A stretch of DNA of 63,666 nucleotides, filler included, from Rhabdomonas costata (taxonomy: Eukaryota), in the NCBI GenBank assembly GCA_019059605.1. It is 55 parts of 55 records of this genome, joined end to end, with 100 filler letters (N's around TTAATTAATTAA, not from the genome) between each part and the next. Parts side by side here need not be neighbours in the genome. Positions count along the whole stretch, not along the records: positions 37,110 to 38,170 come from JAHMHO010030831.1; positions 38,271 to 39,329 come from JAHMHO010030832.1; positions 39,430 to 40,488 come from JAHMHO010030833.1; positions 40,589 to 41,647 come from JAHMHO010030834.1; positions 41,748 to 42,805 come from JAHMHO010030835.1; positions 42,906 to 43,964 come from JAHMHO010030836.1; positions 44,065 to 45,123 come from JAHMHO010030837.1; positions 45,224 to 46,282 come from JAHMHO010030838.1; 47 more parts are not named here. One strand, given 5' to 3'. How positions within the stretch are numbered: the stretch's first letter is position 1; each line of letters begins with the position of its first letter. The position numbers and the translations under genes are program-made. Shown here in pieces: positions 38,071-50,234 of this stretch. The notes under the pieces are model-generated. The model was not told the DNA's origin. It did not search any database and saw only the letters and a program-made list of their open reading frames with translations.

Positions 38071-38270
38071 AGAGCCGTACCACAACGGAAAAGAAGAAGA
38101 GCAGGCCAAAAAACACTAATGGAAGGAAGTGGATTCCGGGAGGGAATATAAATACTCCGATGCTGTTGCANNNNNNNNNNNNNNNNNNNNNNNNNNNNNN
38201 NNNNNNNNNNNNNNTTAATTAATTAANNNNNNNNNNNNNNNNNNNNNNNNNNNNNNNNNNNNNNNNNNNN

Positions 38271-39073
38271 TTCCGATACACATCAACATCATCATAACAA
38301 TAATGATATTTTAAATTTTCATATTGTTTAGCCTTATTCAAATCTTCATCTGTTGGGAATATTTTATTTAATTCGTCTACTAATCTGAAGTATTCAAAAT
38401 CTTTTCCAAATAAAGATAATTGTGCATAACACCAATTAATATAATTAATTATTGATCTTTCACCGTGTTCTTCACATACATTTTTCATATTTTGGCCCTT
38501 GTATTTACCGAATTTAAAAGTATATGTTCTTGACATATCGTGTAGTGTTAAAAGTTTTCTTCCTCTATTAACTTTTCTTTTTACAACTTTATTATATTCA
38601 TCACCTTCTAGTTCAATTTCTTCAAAATATTTTTTTGTTAAATCAAAAACTTCCAATGATTTATCGAATGATGATTTTAAAAATGGATTCAGTTTTTCAT
38701 TTATTTGTATCATTTTATGTTCGCAATCTTTTATTACTATTTTGTCATTCTCATTATAATGCTCGCATACAAAACCGTCTTCATCTATCCAACCATTCAC
38801 TGTATAAAATGGCAACAATTTACGTATTTTTTCACATCGTTTATGTTTTAAAAGTAGTTCTTCATTTTCATTTTTGAATTTAAATAGGTATGCGGGCATA
38901 CTAGTCATAAATCTAGATATAAGATAATCATCAATTATGTATTCTTCAATCTCCCAGTTTTTTATAAAATGTGACTTTTGATTAAGTTCCATTGATACAC
39001 TTGTCTCATATAATATATCAAAAGTATAAGAAGTTGTTACTACGACATTTGAATTAACAATTACAACTGACAT
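38271..39073 (-). CDS. AT-rich, intronless virus-like ORF with a C-terminal FKFGKYKG...YINW (DUF3820 / ExoX-C-like) motif; 3'-truncated
   Basis: Open frame of about 267 codons in very AT-rich DNA. The motif TFKFGKYKGQNMKNV...NYINW is present. Confidence 0.7.
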
Positions 39074-39206
39074 TTTCTATACTATTTATTAAGAAAATAA
39101 TTTTTTCTATATAGTAAAAATATACTCATTTTCTTTAAGTAATTTTTACTATATATTTTTTTAAAAAACTTTTCATGAAAATTAAAATTAAATTTTTTTT
39201 ACACAT

Positions 39207-39329
39207 TTAATCTCTTCCTAAAAGGTCTTGTCTGCACATAGGGCATCTATAATCATAATCATTTGCAAGTCTATAAATACAGTCTGTACAAATTCTTTTA
39301 CCACAAGACTGACAATGTATATCTTCCTT
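39207..39329 (-). CDS. C-terminal part of a RING-finger-like protein (not in the ORF track)
   Basis: Manual translation KEDIHCQSCGKRICTDCIYRLANDYDYRCPMCRQDLLGRD* shows CxxC pairs and the CPxCR end typical of RING domains. Confidence 0.75.
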   Translation of the reverse strand, partial: KEDIHCQSCGKRICTDCIYRLANDYDYRCPMCRQDLLGRD

Positions 39330-40904
39330 NNNNNNNNNNNNNNNNNNNNNNNNNNNNNNNNNNNNNNNNNNNNTTAATTAATTAANNNNNNNNNNNNNNN
39401 NNNNNNNNNNNNNNNNNNNNNNNNNNNNNGTGTTGTGTGTAGGTCTAAAAATAACTTTCAGACTTCCGCAGCTTCCTCAGGTCCTATTTCTAGACCTACA
39501 CCATAACATTCTCTGCTGTGAACCTCACGCCTCACTTCCGCCCACCCGTTCCACCCTGATGTTGGCATGGGTAGTTCTGTGGCCGGATTCCAGAGTGACG
39601 CATTCCTCCCTCCGTCAGTGAGCCTAAGATTTTGGAATGAGCCCGCCAGGGTTCACGACGATCCTAGCAGCAAACCACGCGGGCTAGGGCGCTGTCCGTC
39701 CGCTTTTCACGCAGCTCCCATGGTCTCTGGGTCCTTCCTCTTCAGAGAACGAGTTACTTGCTGCTTTGCATATATTCGGTTGCTTATGTATCTCTGACTG
39801 TGTGGTCACGCTCAGGAGAGCTTGCAATAATGGATGTTTCAGTTGAAGTTTTGCACAGTGGATCCAAACTCAAACTTTATTTTCCCAAGAATGGTGGGCG
39901 AGCTCTTTTCCTTTCTAGTTGTTCGGTGGGTGCTTCAGGGTGCTCCGATCGATGCTGCGGGAAAAGTGGTGGACCTGCAGCCGATGGCGCAATATGGTGA
40001 GTCTTTTTTCTTAAAGCGTGCATCTGCTTTTTCGACTTTTCTTTTTCTGTGGTGGTTGTTCTTTGGTTTCACTCAAGCTTGCACACGAGGCGAGAAAAAA
40101 GAACAAAAGGGAACATCAGTGAAACAAACCGAAACAACTTTCTTTTTATTTGCACTGGCGGAAAGGATCTTCAGTCCGTCTTCATACATCCCACCACTAC
40201 CTGGTATCTTGCCCACTTTTTCATTTTTGGTGCCCGGACGATGGTTTGCTCTTATTCTGCTTTTCTGGGGTGATATGAACGCCGTCTGAGAAAAGGAAAT
40301 CTGTATCTCTGAATTGCTTCTTTTCCTCCCACTTCGTTATCGGATAAGGACTCCGAGCACTCTTTGGGTTTTCCGCGGCAAAATGTAGAGTGCTTATTAG
40401 GTTTTATTTAGGTTTTCTTTCAAAACAAATGACCAGTCGAGAATTTTTTCTTCCGCCTCCATTCCCTCCCTCCCTTACTTCCTGGTTTNNNNNNNNNNNN
40501 NNNNNNNNNNNNNNNNNNNNNNNNNNNNNNNNTTAATTAATTAANNNNNNNNNNNNNNNNNNNNNNNNNNNNNNNNNNNNNNNNNNNNGGGGGTGGGGTC
40601 TGCTTTCGGTTCCGTACTCCGCTGCGGTAGCCCCGGACACCGAGCTTCGGTATACCTCTCCCTCTCGCTGTTGGGAAACAGATAGAAAGAGACACAAAGC
40701 AGTCCTGCAGCTACGGGCGGTTGCCTCCACTCCACCTGCTGTCTCCGGTGTTTTTTCCCCGAAAAAAATAGATAGGAGGACGGGGCACTCACTATTGTTT
40801 TGCACATGCATTTTAAGCTTCTCAGTCATGGCGTGTCGCTCTTGTGGACACATATGTGTTCTGTGGTGCGTCTTATCTTCTTTTCTAATTTCCATCTCTT
40901 GAGA

Positions 40905-41490
40905 GGAAGTGAAGGAAGGAGGGGTGAGTATCGGTGCCGACATTGCGAAATACACGCACAGGAAGGCCATGGATGCCGAGAAGACGGCGCGGATGGATGC
41001 CTTCACGGCGAAGCTGAAGGCCAAGTACGGGCTCTCCGATGACCAAGAGGCACTGAAGAGATATTCTCAGGCACAAGCTTCCCTCTCCCGAGAACGTGCG
41101 CGCTTGAAAGGGTGTCCCTGGACAGCCCACCAGGGTTGGTTTGCATATATCCTGTATAGAGCAGTCTAGAATGTCATGCATTACAACGTAGGGCATGATT
41201 CACATCATCATTCCATCTTTAATTCTTTTGTTTGTCTCGAAGTCACCGAGGCATCCACCACGGTTGTTGTCACAGCAATAAATTAGGTGGGGGTGGAAGG
41301 GACTCAGGAATATGCCGAAGTGACTGCGGAGATTGAAGCCCACAACAAGGCCACGGAGCTGGAGCTGCTGAAGGGTAAGGGTGGCGCCCCCGTCGCAGCA
41401 AGCTTCCCAGACAGCCCCCCGCTGACGTACGATGACGAGCTGGAGTACGAGGTCATCGCCATAGACCCATCGAAGCAGGCCGCCGTGGAC
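40905..41490 (+). CDS. Two exons (about 40905-41070 and from 41287) of an unknown charged helical protein
   Basis: GC3-rich frames with a GC donor cag|gcacaa at 41071 and an acceptor ttag| at 41286, both in phase 0. Confidence 0.5.
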
Positions 41491-41545
41491 AAGATCTATA
41501 AGCCCCTTTGCACCTGCACACCAGGCACAGTTTGCTCATGTCGCA

Positions 41546-41605
41546 AACTCTGACTCATCGCGGATTTTTATTTCAACTCTGACTCATCGCGGATTTTATA
41601 TTTCA
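41546..41605. repeat. Tandem duplication of an ~29-nt unit (aactctgactcatcgcggatttt...)
   Basis: Two adjacent, near-identical copies. Confidence 0.85.
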
Positions 41606-44100
41606 AATATGTTCCGAACCGTGAAATGGGTGATGAACCCCAAAACCNNNNNNNNNNNNNNNNNNNNNNNNNNNNNNNNNNNNNNNNNNNNTTAATTAAT
41701 TAANNNNNNNNNNNNNNNNNNNNNNNNNNNNNNNNNNNNNNNNNNNNAGAAATGGCGGTTTACGCCTCATATCAAGTTTTTGCAATTGTACTATTACCAG
41801 ATGGGTAGTGAGGGCAGTGCTCGCACAGCTTGGAGCCAGGTCTGCGCTGAAACCCCTTGTGCAGGAGAGCGTCATCGGGTATGCTTAAGTGAGTGGGCTT
41901 TTGGTTGTCCATTTATGCCCACAGTAGGAACACCACCAACATTTTGATCGAGCGGAGGGTGGAGCGGAAGGTGTTGGCCTCGCGCGCGCATATCCATCCA
42001 CCCAAATTTCTGCCATGCGATCTATGGACTGTTTCAAAAACAGAGTTAGAATCTCGTGTTTCATTTTCTGTTGCACAACAATGCTTTACCTCGTCGCTGT
42101 TGCGGTGAGCCTCGCGGTTCTTGGAATTGTGAATTGGGTCATCCCTTCGCCCTACATGGTGTGTGTTTGTGCTTGGAGCCCGCCTGTAACACCTGTAACC
42201 TGTCACCTGTGACGGTTACTTTTCCCTTGAGCTCTTTGTCCATCTTTCGCATCTTTCAGGACGAAGTGTTCCACGTTCCCCAAACCGAACAGTACCTTCA
42301 CCTTGATTTTTTGCAATGGGATGAAAAGATTACAACACCTCCGGCATTGTATGTCAACTTCCGTTGTGTCCGTGTGTTTTGATTTCGGTTGGGAAGTGCT
42401 ATATTTTCACTGTCACGATGGAATCAAAGAAAAGGCGCAGTTTCCAGTCGCTTTTTCCGACCTGACTTTTATTTGAATTGTCGTGCGTGGCTTGCTTAAG
42501 TTGAACAGCCATACGTCGGAGGAAGGAATTCGGGCGATTGAGGGGCACGAATGACCCCTCCCCTTGGCGGAGATCCTTGAGAGACCTCGCCCCTTGTGTG
42601 GTTTGATGGCAAACTTGATCCAACGTGACGGGCTACCTCGACCTCACGCAACACACAATGGGTCCAACGCACTGGCCTTATTCTCCAAAAACCGTCGCGG
42701 AACGGAAGGCACTGTTTACAAGACTGCCGAAAGAATTCAGTTCGGCTACCACACACACACGCACAGGACCTTCCGATCACAGCCGATTATGAAACACACA
42801 CACCCNNNNNNNNNNNNNNNNNNNNNNNNNNNNNNNNNNNNNNNNNNNNTTAATTAATTAANNNNNNNNNNNNNNNNNNNNNNNNNNNNNNNNNNNNNNN
42901 NNNNNGTTTTGGGGGGCACACCGTTTCGGGAGGCCTGCTGTGTATACCCCCTTCGGCCCCCTTCGGCATATTTGAAAGGGTTTGAAAAGCAGATGATCGG
43001 TTAGCAATGTTTAAGCCCTCCAAAAAATATACCAGCGCTCCTTCCGTTTTGTGTGTCATCGTGCACGGGTCTTCCCCTCGTCAACTCTACGTCCGTTGTT
43101 CCTTCCACCGACTCACACGACTGCCCTTTCGACGATCTACAAAGGGCGAGCGATGGATAATCTCATTGGATATCTAGTGTTGGAGCTTTGCGGTTCTTCT
43201 ACCAGGTGTCCTGCTGACTCCTGGGACGTTGCTCCCTCCGCAAGCCCGGGCATCTTTGACGGCTCCACGGCAGAGCCGCTGCGGCTCACCTCTGGGCAGC
43301 TTGGGGAGCTCTTTGCCGTCTTCTCGGCCCACAGGCGGGCGTACCAGAGATTCAACCAATCCGTGGTCTCCAAAAAGCCTTGGGGCAGCCCGCCGGTACG
43401 CAGTTGGGTTGATCCAATGCTTTTAGGACTAATGTCCGCTGGATTTTTGTTGCGGATCATTCATTTCGTCCGTCTCCACCAATCGTCTTTGGGGCGGCCC
43501 ACTTCTCTGCTCTTGTTTCCTCACTCACTCCACTTCACTGTTCGGTTTTCACCCCTTTCCTCGCACCCCTCTTGATGCACCCCTGTTTGCGGCAGGCATT
43601 TCCATTTCTCATTTACTCCTTAAAGCAGCCCTACAAGCCAACTTTCTCTGTGTTTAGCTTTGTTGCAGAGGCTTAAAATGGGCCTTCCGAGCCTGTGAAA
43701 GGGCGAAAAGGACCCCAAAACACCCCAAAATGGCCCTCAAATGGCCTCTAGCGTGGCTTAAACCAAAGCATTCCGGACCACTCAGGTGCCAGCATGAAGT
43801 ACATAGTTACCCCTTTCCTGTCGCTGGTGTGTGTGGGGGGGGGGGCGTTTAAGCGTACAGGGTAGTTAAACGGCCCAAAATTTTCCTGACTCCTTTAGCT
43901 AAAATACTTTCATTTTCGGGGGTTACCAGCGCAGCACACCTAACCCTTTAACTTTGTCACAACANNNNNNNNNNNNNNNNNNNNNNNNNNNNNNNNNNNN
44001 NNNNNNNNTTAATTAATTAANNNNNNNNNNNNNNNNNNNNNNNNNNNNNNNNNNNNNNNNNNNNGTTTTTGCCGTGTTGTCATTTATGGCTTGATTTCTA

Positions 44101-44788
44101 TTGCAAAATGACGAAACGAAACTCTCAAAATGGCTTCAGAAATACAAGATTCTCTGGGGGAACGGTTATGTCCTTCCTGTGGGGCCAGGATGCGTCCCTC
44201 CGAGCGTAGGGGAAAGCCTGCCTTCATCTGTTCTTCTAAGTCTTGCCGCAAGAGGGTGGACAAGCATTGTGGTGGACTGCTGGAAGGTTCGCATCTCTCT
44301 GAGAAGGAGTTCTTTGTTTCTTGCGTATTTCTGGGCACATGATTGTGCTGGAAAGAGATCTGTGGAGATGCTCAACCGCTCCGATCATACCGTTGCTGAG
44401 TGGTCTGCCAGGTTTCGGCAGCGTGTGCTGAACCAACAGCAGTCCTCTGTGGATGTTCTTGGGGGCAGGGATTTGGAGGTCGAGGCTGATGAAACAGAGA
44501 TAGGCCACAAGCGAAAGGGTCTGCATGGCCATGACTCTTCTGTCCTCTCCGACGTTAGAGGTGTCTTCGAACGGAAAACGGGCTTATTGTATTTGGAGAC
44601 ATGCCGATGAGCGGCGGTTTGGTCCTCCGAATAAACAGAAGTTCAATCACATCGCCTCTGGGTCAATCCTTTTTGCTGACAGTGCTAAGGCTTATGTAGC
44701 GCCTGCCAAGGAGCATGGCCTCTTGCCGTTTGACGGTGCTTGGGGACGTTTGAAAGCGTGGCTGAATGCAAAGGGAGGTGATTCTTAA
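44101..44788 (+). mobile_element. Decayed Merlin / IS1595 (ISXO2-like) DDE transposase pseudogene
   Basis: Across frameshifts: WLQKYKIL, zinc finger CPSC...CSSKSC, VLGGRDLEVEADETEIG (first D), SGSILFADSAKAY (second D) and DGAWGRLK (eroded E region; the VNHS segment is missing). Confidence 0.85.
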
Positions 44789-44789
44789 C

Positions 44790-44925
44790 CTGGAAATCTG
44801 TAACCCACATCTGGAGCTCCTCCAGATGCTCCGTGTGGCGGGCCACCGCGGCCTCTGCCCGGGCGGCGGTCTGAGCGACGGGCCCCAGCTGGGCCTCCAC
44901 TTTGCCCAGGAGACGGCTCTCTGCC
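44790..44925 (-). CDS. Probable host exon (coiled-coil-like, unknown product) abutting the Merlin remnant
   Basis: GC-rich frame SRLLGKVEAQLGPVAQTAARAEAAVARHTEHLEELQMWVTDFQ with donor |gttaag. Confidence 0.45.
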
Positions 44926-45914
44926 GCCCCAATAGTCTCAGAAAGCACCAGCACGTCCCTGCTGAGGCTCAGAGTGCTTTCCTGCGCGGGTGAAAGCCCT
45001 CGGCTACAGAAAAAATCGAGAGAGCACAGCCGCGGATTGAAACACCGTCAGCCTCTTGCATCTGTCAGAGCACCACGTCAGTCGGTCGTAGAAAGCACAT
45101 GGTCGCAAGCACTACCCCCCACCNNNNNNNNNNNNNNNNNNNNNNNNNNNNNNNNNNNNNNNNNNNNTTAATTAATTAANNNNNNNNNNNNNNNNNNNNN
45201 NNNNNNNNNNNNNNNNNNNNNNNGTTGTTGTTGTCCTGGATGTGCCTCGCGCTCGCCAGTATTACGCCGAGCTCAAGGACAAGCTTTCTGCTTCGTTGTA
45301 AGCGAGTGAGACAACATGTCGCCAACCGAAAGGGTTTACCAATGTTTTTTTTGCGGGTTTCTGTGTGTTTTGTTTGTCTTGTTTTTCAATGCGTTTCCCC
45401 CATGACAGCCTCTTTTTTGTTTCTATACTCTACCTAAAATTGCTGTACTTTGCTTTCGCTGTGACGTTCCCCGACGTTGTCTTGACGTTGTCTTTGTTTC
45501 AGTTTTTTCTGCCGAGGGGATGGGATACATAGAAAGTTGTCTTTCACATGACGAAATGATGGGTAATCGGGTAAGTGGGTTGCGTGAGGCAGGCTTTTTA
45601 GTGGGTACTGGTGATTTTGGATGCACTAGTAGTTAGGGGAGCGTGCTAATGTTAGGGTAATGTTTCCCCGCGTTCAGTTGATTCATTCATTTCAATTTAA
45701 AATTGAAGGCATTTCTTACAGGATGCTGCAATTCTCCTTCGCCTTTGACTTGCTTTCGACAGAAGGTGGGTGTTTTTTTCTTGATCCTGTATTGCACTGT
45801 TTCTTTTTTCTTTCGACTATTCCGAATCAGCAAGAATCATATAGAGTTACATTCGCGTCTTCTTGGAGTCCTCTCCCCCTTACCCTCGTCGCTTGATCCG
45901 ACCGGTTCCTTTGG

Positions 45915-46282
45915 ATGGAACGGTGGGACAAGCTTCATCCTCCCAAGGACGGGGCCCTGCCCCCTGATGTGGTTGCACGGGTAATCTCCCCTGTTGAACT
46001 CCGCAAGCACTGCACGGAGCGGGACCTCTGGATGAGTGTGCGGGGGCTCGTGTACAACGTCACCGCCTTCCAGACGTTCCACCCTGGCGGCACCAAAGTT
46101 CTCCTGGAGCATGCCGGGGAGGACGCCACCGAGCTCTTTGATGCGAACCACAGTTGGGTTCGCGCGGAGGTGGTGCTCCGTGACTTCGTGGTCGGCTCCT
46201 TGGGAGGCTCCGCTCAGCCCACTCCCTCTCCACCTCCTCGCAGCTCCCCGACGCCGGCGCTATTCCCTGCCTACAACACCCC
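45915..46282 (+). CDS. Cytochrome b5 heme-binding domain protein (CYB5R4-like N-terminus); partial
   Basis: ELRKHCTERDLWMSVRGLVYNVT...FHPGG...AGEDATELFDANHSWV includes both axial His ligands. Confidence 0.93.
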
Positions 46283-48838
46283 NNNNNNNNNNNNNNNNNN
46301 NNNNNNNNNNNNNNNNNNNNNNNNNNTTAATTAATTAANNNNNNNNNNNNNNNNNNNNNNNNNNNNNNNNNNNNNNNNNNNNTTTTTTGTGTTTCCATTT
46401 GGATTTTCCTGCTTCGGTCTTTGTGGTGCGCAAAGTTTGAGGAGGGGCTCGTTGAGATGAGAGGCAGATTTCTTTTTGTCCATGCTTTTCTCCAGACCTA
46501 TTCCACATTGTTGCTCTTTTGGTTTGGACAGCAGAAACAGAGATAGAGGTTTCTCGAGTGACCCCCCACCCCAAAGTGCACCAAACTGCTGCATTGTGGT
46601 TTTTACAAACATTTTGTGCACATATTTTTCCAGATACCATCGCATTATTGTGGATGTGTTATGGATGGGGGGTTTGTGCAAGTATGCAGGCCAGTTTGGT
46701 GAAAACCCAGTTCAGCATTTTTTGTGATCTCCGTTTTGGTTTGTCGAAGACCTCGGACTTCTTGTGGCAAACCGCCGTGAAGTCGCATGCTGATTACTGC
46801 TCTTCTGATGATTTTTTTTAGCACTGTTCCCACGCGCCTGGCTCTTTTTCAGTACTGTACCAGTGTCAGGGATGTGCCAATGGCAGCGAAGAGGGGAGAG
46901 GAGGGAGTGCGATACGGTATTGTGTCATGGGGGAAGAGCTCTGAGTGGCTGGACATTGGGAGGGTGGCTTCTGTAAGCTAAAGCGAAGCTGAATGAATTG
47001 GGCGTTCTGCAGTTTTTGGTGCTCTGCTGCTCTGGTTTTCCTGTGATTTCCCAATTGCATTCTATTTCACTTTTTATCTTCTGTCTTTGGTGTTGTGGTG
47101 TGCTAGAAGCACCCCCATCATCAGCAGAACTCGAACCCCGGGAAATCCCCGGGTGGCGTTTTGATACACATTTCTGCATATTGTCATTCTGCACATCCCC
47201 CGCTTGAGTGTCTCCCCCCCGCCGCCGCTTGAGTGTTCACACACACTGCTGATCTTTATTACTGCTAAACAAGGCGGATGTGGACTTCGCCCCAGGGGTG
47301 TGAGCAGGTGGTGCATGTCCTGCGGGCAGCGGTTTCCTTTTAATGTTACCCTGTTCCCGCAAGTGCGAAAGGGGATCGAATCACCACAACAAGCCCTTGT
47401 TGCTTGTGGCAGCCGCCGCCCCCATGTACCCACACCACCCCNNNNNNNNNNNNNNNNNNNNNNNNNNNNNNNNNNNNNNNNNNNNTTAATTAATTAANNN
47501 NNNNNNNNNNNNNNNNNNNNNNNNNNNNNNNNNNNNNNNNNGTGGTGGGTGTGGGTGGTGTGTGGTTGCGTGCGTGTGTGAGTGAGTGCGTGCGTGTTCG
47601 TCACCGCCTTCCGTTCTGTCGTTGTCGACCTGTTTTTGGTTGCTGAGTTATGACCCTCCTGTTAACCTCTGTATTTTGTGCGCCTCTCGTTTGGTCCTCT
47701 TTCTCGCTTCGCCACTCTCCCTCTCTCTCTTTTGCTCGTCACTTTCTGTGCGGTGGGAAAGACAAGGATTTACGGTCGCAATAAAAAGACGCAAAGAAGT
47801 AAAAAAAAAAAACGTGAAAAAAACCGCAAAATCCGGGGATCCTGAGAAATCGTTTAAATGATTTCTAGGATTTTAACATTTCAAAATGATATTTAAAAAC
47901 CCCAAAACCGTAAAACCGTAAAAAGCAATTTTTTTTTGCACTAAATATATGTGTGTGGTTGAACCACATCGGGTGTGTTACTATGCCCCAGGCCAGGTTT
48001 TTGGTCAGGTTCCAGACAGACGGTCGTATGTGTTTTTTATTACACATCGCAGATTTTCACGTGTTTTGGACGTTTTGCATCGCATTGTGAGCAGAGCCTC
48101 TTTCTGAGCTCTTGGTTCCTTGATGGTTTTGTTCTTTATCCTGCATACCCAATACAGATCAGGGAAAAAGGAGGAGGTTCGCAAAAGACCGGATCTCCAT
48201 CCCCACATACACCAGGTTCAGAAAAAAAAAGGGAAAACAGCAAAAACTTGCTCATAGAGGCAAAAAAATCATATAACATGTACATCCAAAGCGATAATAC
48301 GCCAACTGAAAGGGGCGGGGGAAATGATCAATTCCTCATCACCTTCTGCCCATCGCACAGCTCGAGACGCGGGACCCTCTGCTGAAGCGCTGGCTCAGCC
48401 TATGCATCAGCAAACTCATCGAGGGTACGTCTTGCTCGCTTCGCGACGTGTCTGTGGGCTTGAGTTTGCGTCGCTTTTCCCATGTGTGTTGTCGGCTTTT
48501 GTTTCCTTCTCAGCGTCGAGTGGAAGCGCAAAACAACAAAAAATGGCAAATGAAATTATACTATGAAGGCCTTTCTGCACAGTGAAGCCCACCCCACACN
48601 NNNNNNNNNNNNNNNNNNNNNNNNNNNNNNNNNNNNNNNNNNNTTAATTAATTAANNNNNNNNNNNNNNNNNNNNNNNNNNNNNNNNNNNNNNNNNNNNG
48701 GGGGGTGTGGGGTCCAGCTGCTCTCAATCGCGTCCAGCGCACAAAAAAATGAAGCTCGACACTTCCTGAGGTCTCGCATTGGATCCTCTTCCCTCCGTAG
48801 CTCTGTTTTCACCTTTTCAGCTTAATCTTCTCGCCCAC

Positions 48839-49758
48839 AAGCCGCGTGGACCTGTCCAGTGGTGCATGTGCTTCTTCGGTTACCTCCCTGTAATCTTTGT
48901 TTTGATACTTGTTGTGTGGATTCAATCGGCCTATACGTGCTGCTTTGCGTTCACGCTGTGCCAGGAGGGTGCATTTTTCCAAGGTATGCTTCCCTGCACG
49001 CGCAACATCTCGCAACATGCTATGTTCTCCGCTTGAGCTACTGACTCCTGGTGTTTTTTGCAGGGGGTGTTCTTGGACTAATTGGCTTTGCACTTGGATG
49101 TTTGCTCATTGTTTCCTACGTACGAGCTTGCTTCACAACTCCTGGGTTTGTGCCCACTGGCTGGGAGAAGGTAACTTGACGTTTCCTCCGCACTGCTGGG
49201 CTTCCCTTTTAGGTTTAACGGGAGGATTCGTTTCGCTGTTTTCAGGTGGCTTCGGATGACGCAAGCACGGTAATCTCAGCGGCCGTTGTCGAGGCTGGTG
49301 CTGGAGGAAGGAATGCCTGTCTCTCCACTCTGCTTTCGACATTTTTTGAAGGCAGTGCTTTCGAATTAAAATTCGCCCGATTTTTTGCCCTCCTGTTCTT
49401 AGTTCCATAGGTTCGAAAATGAACTCCTGTTTCGACTATACGTATTTTGGTGTTCACAAGCTGGGTTTTCGATTCGATGCATACGCCCCGGTGGGAAACC
49501 TGTCTTCTGCTCTAGGTTTATCGAGGCAGTGCTCAAGCTCTCTATGTCGGGAATACGAGTCGATTCTTAGTATCCTGCCCTGTGTGCCCCCGTTGTCTTT
49601 CCCCCCTTTTTTCACTTCCGAACTTCTCTTCGCGCAGCCTCCTTTTGAGGACGTCCTGCCCTTTTCAGGGCGTAACGGTGGAGGCCAAGAGCAACGGCGC
49701 TCCGCGGTACTGCCGCAAGTGCCGCCTCTACAAGCCCGACCGGGCCCACCACTGCTCC
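48839..49758 (+). CDS. DHHC palmitoyltransferase: probable TM exon at about 48839-48937 and Cys-rich-domain exon at 49669-49758
   Basis: RYCRKCRLYKPDRAHHCS is the DHHC Cys-rich-domain signature and follows the acceptor ttttcag|. The upstream hydrophobic exon reads YLPVIFVLILVVW. Confidence 0.85.
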
Positions 49759-49943
49759 NNNNNNNNNNNNNNNNNNNNNNNNNNNNNNNNNNNNNNNNNN
49801 NNTTAATTAATTAANNNNNNNNNNNNNNNNNNNNNNNNNNNNNNNNNNNNNNNNNNNNGTTTTGACGATCGCTAAGATGTATCTTTCATTAACACTTTAA
49901 TTAACTCCACGAACAAAGCACAGATGTTGACACACTGGCATAC

Positions 49944-50234
49944 CATTGGTCCAAAGTAGTCCACCCCATTGGTGCGAGGGTTGTACTCCAGCTCAGGCAT
50001 CCCCGAGTGGATCCCGATCCTTACCCGAAGCCCACGAAACAAAAGAGATGAGCAGCCGTCTTGGTTCATCGCAGTTTTGGAGTACTCCACCTCGCCGCTC
50101 TTCTGCTCCAGGATGTCCTCGGGCCACTCCACGTGCAGCAGCTGCTCCTGCACCTCCAGCGCCCATAGCACGGCAGAGTTCGCGTCCTGGAAGGCCACCA
50201 TGAAGCTGTCGCCCTGGGTCTTCACCTCATAGCC
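49944..50234 (-). CDS. Exon of a class III adenylate cyclase catalytic domain (euglenozoan receptor type)
   Basis: GYEVKTQGDSFMVAF...W...RGLRVRIGIHSG...DYFGPM, with AG/GT boundaries. Confidence 0.95.
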
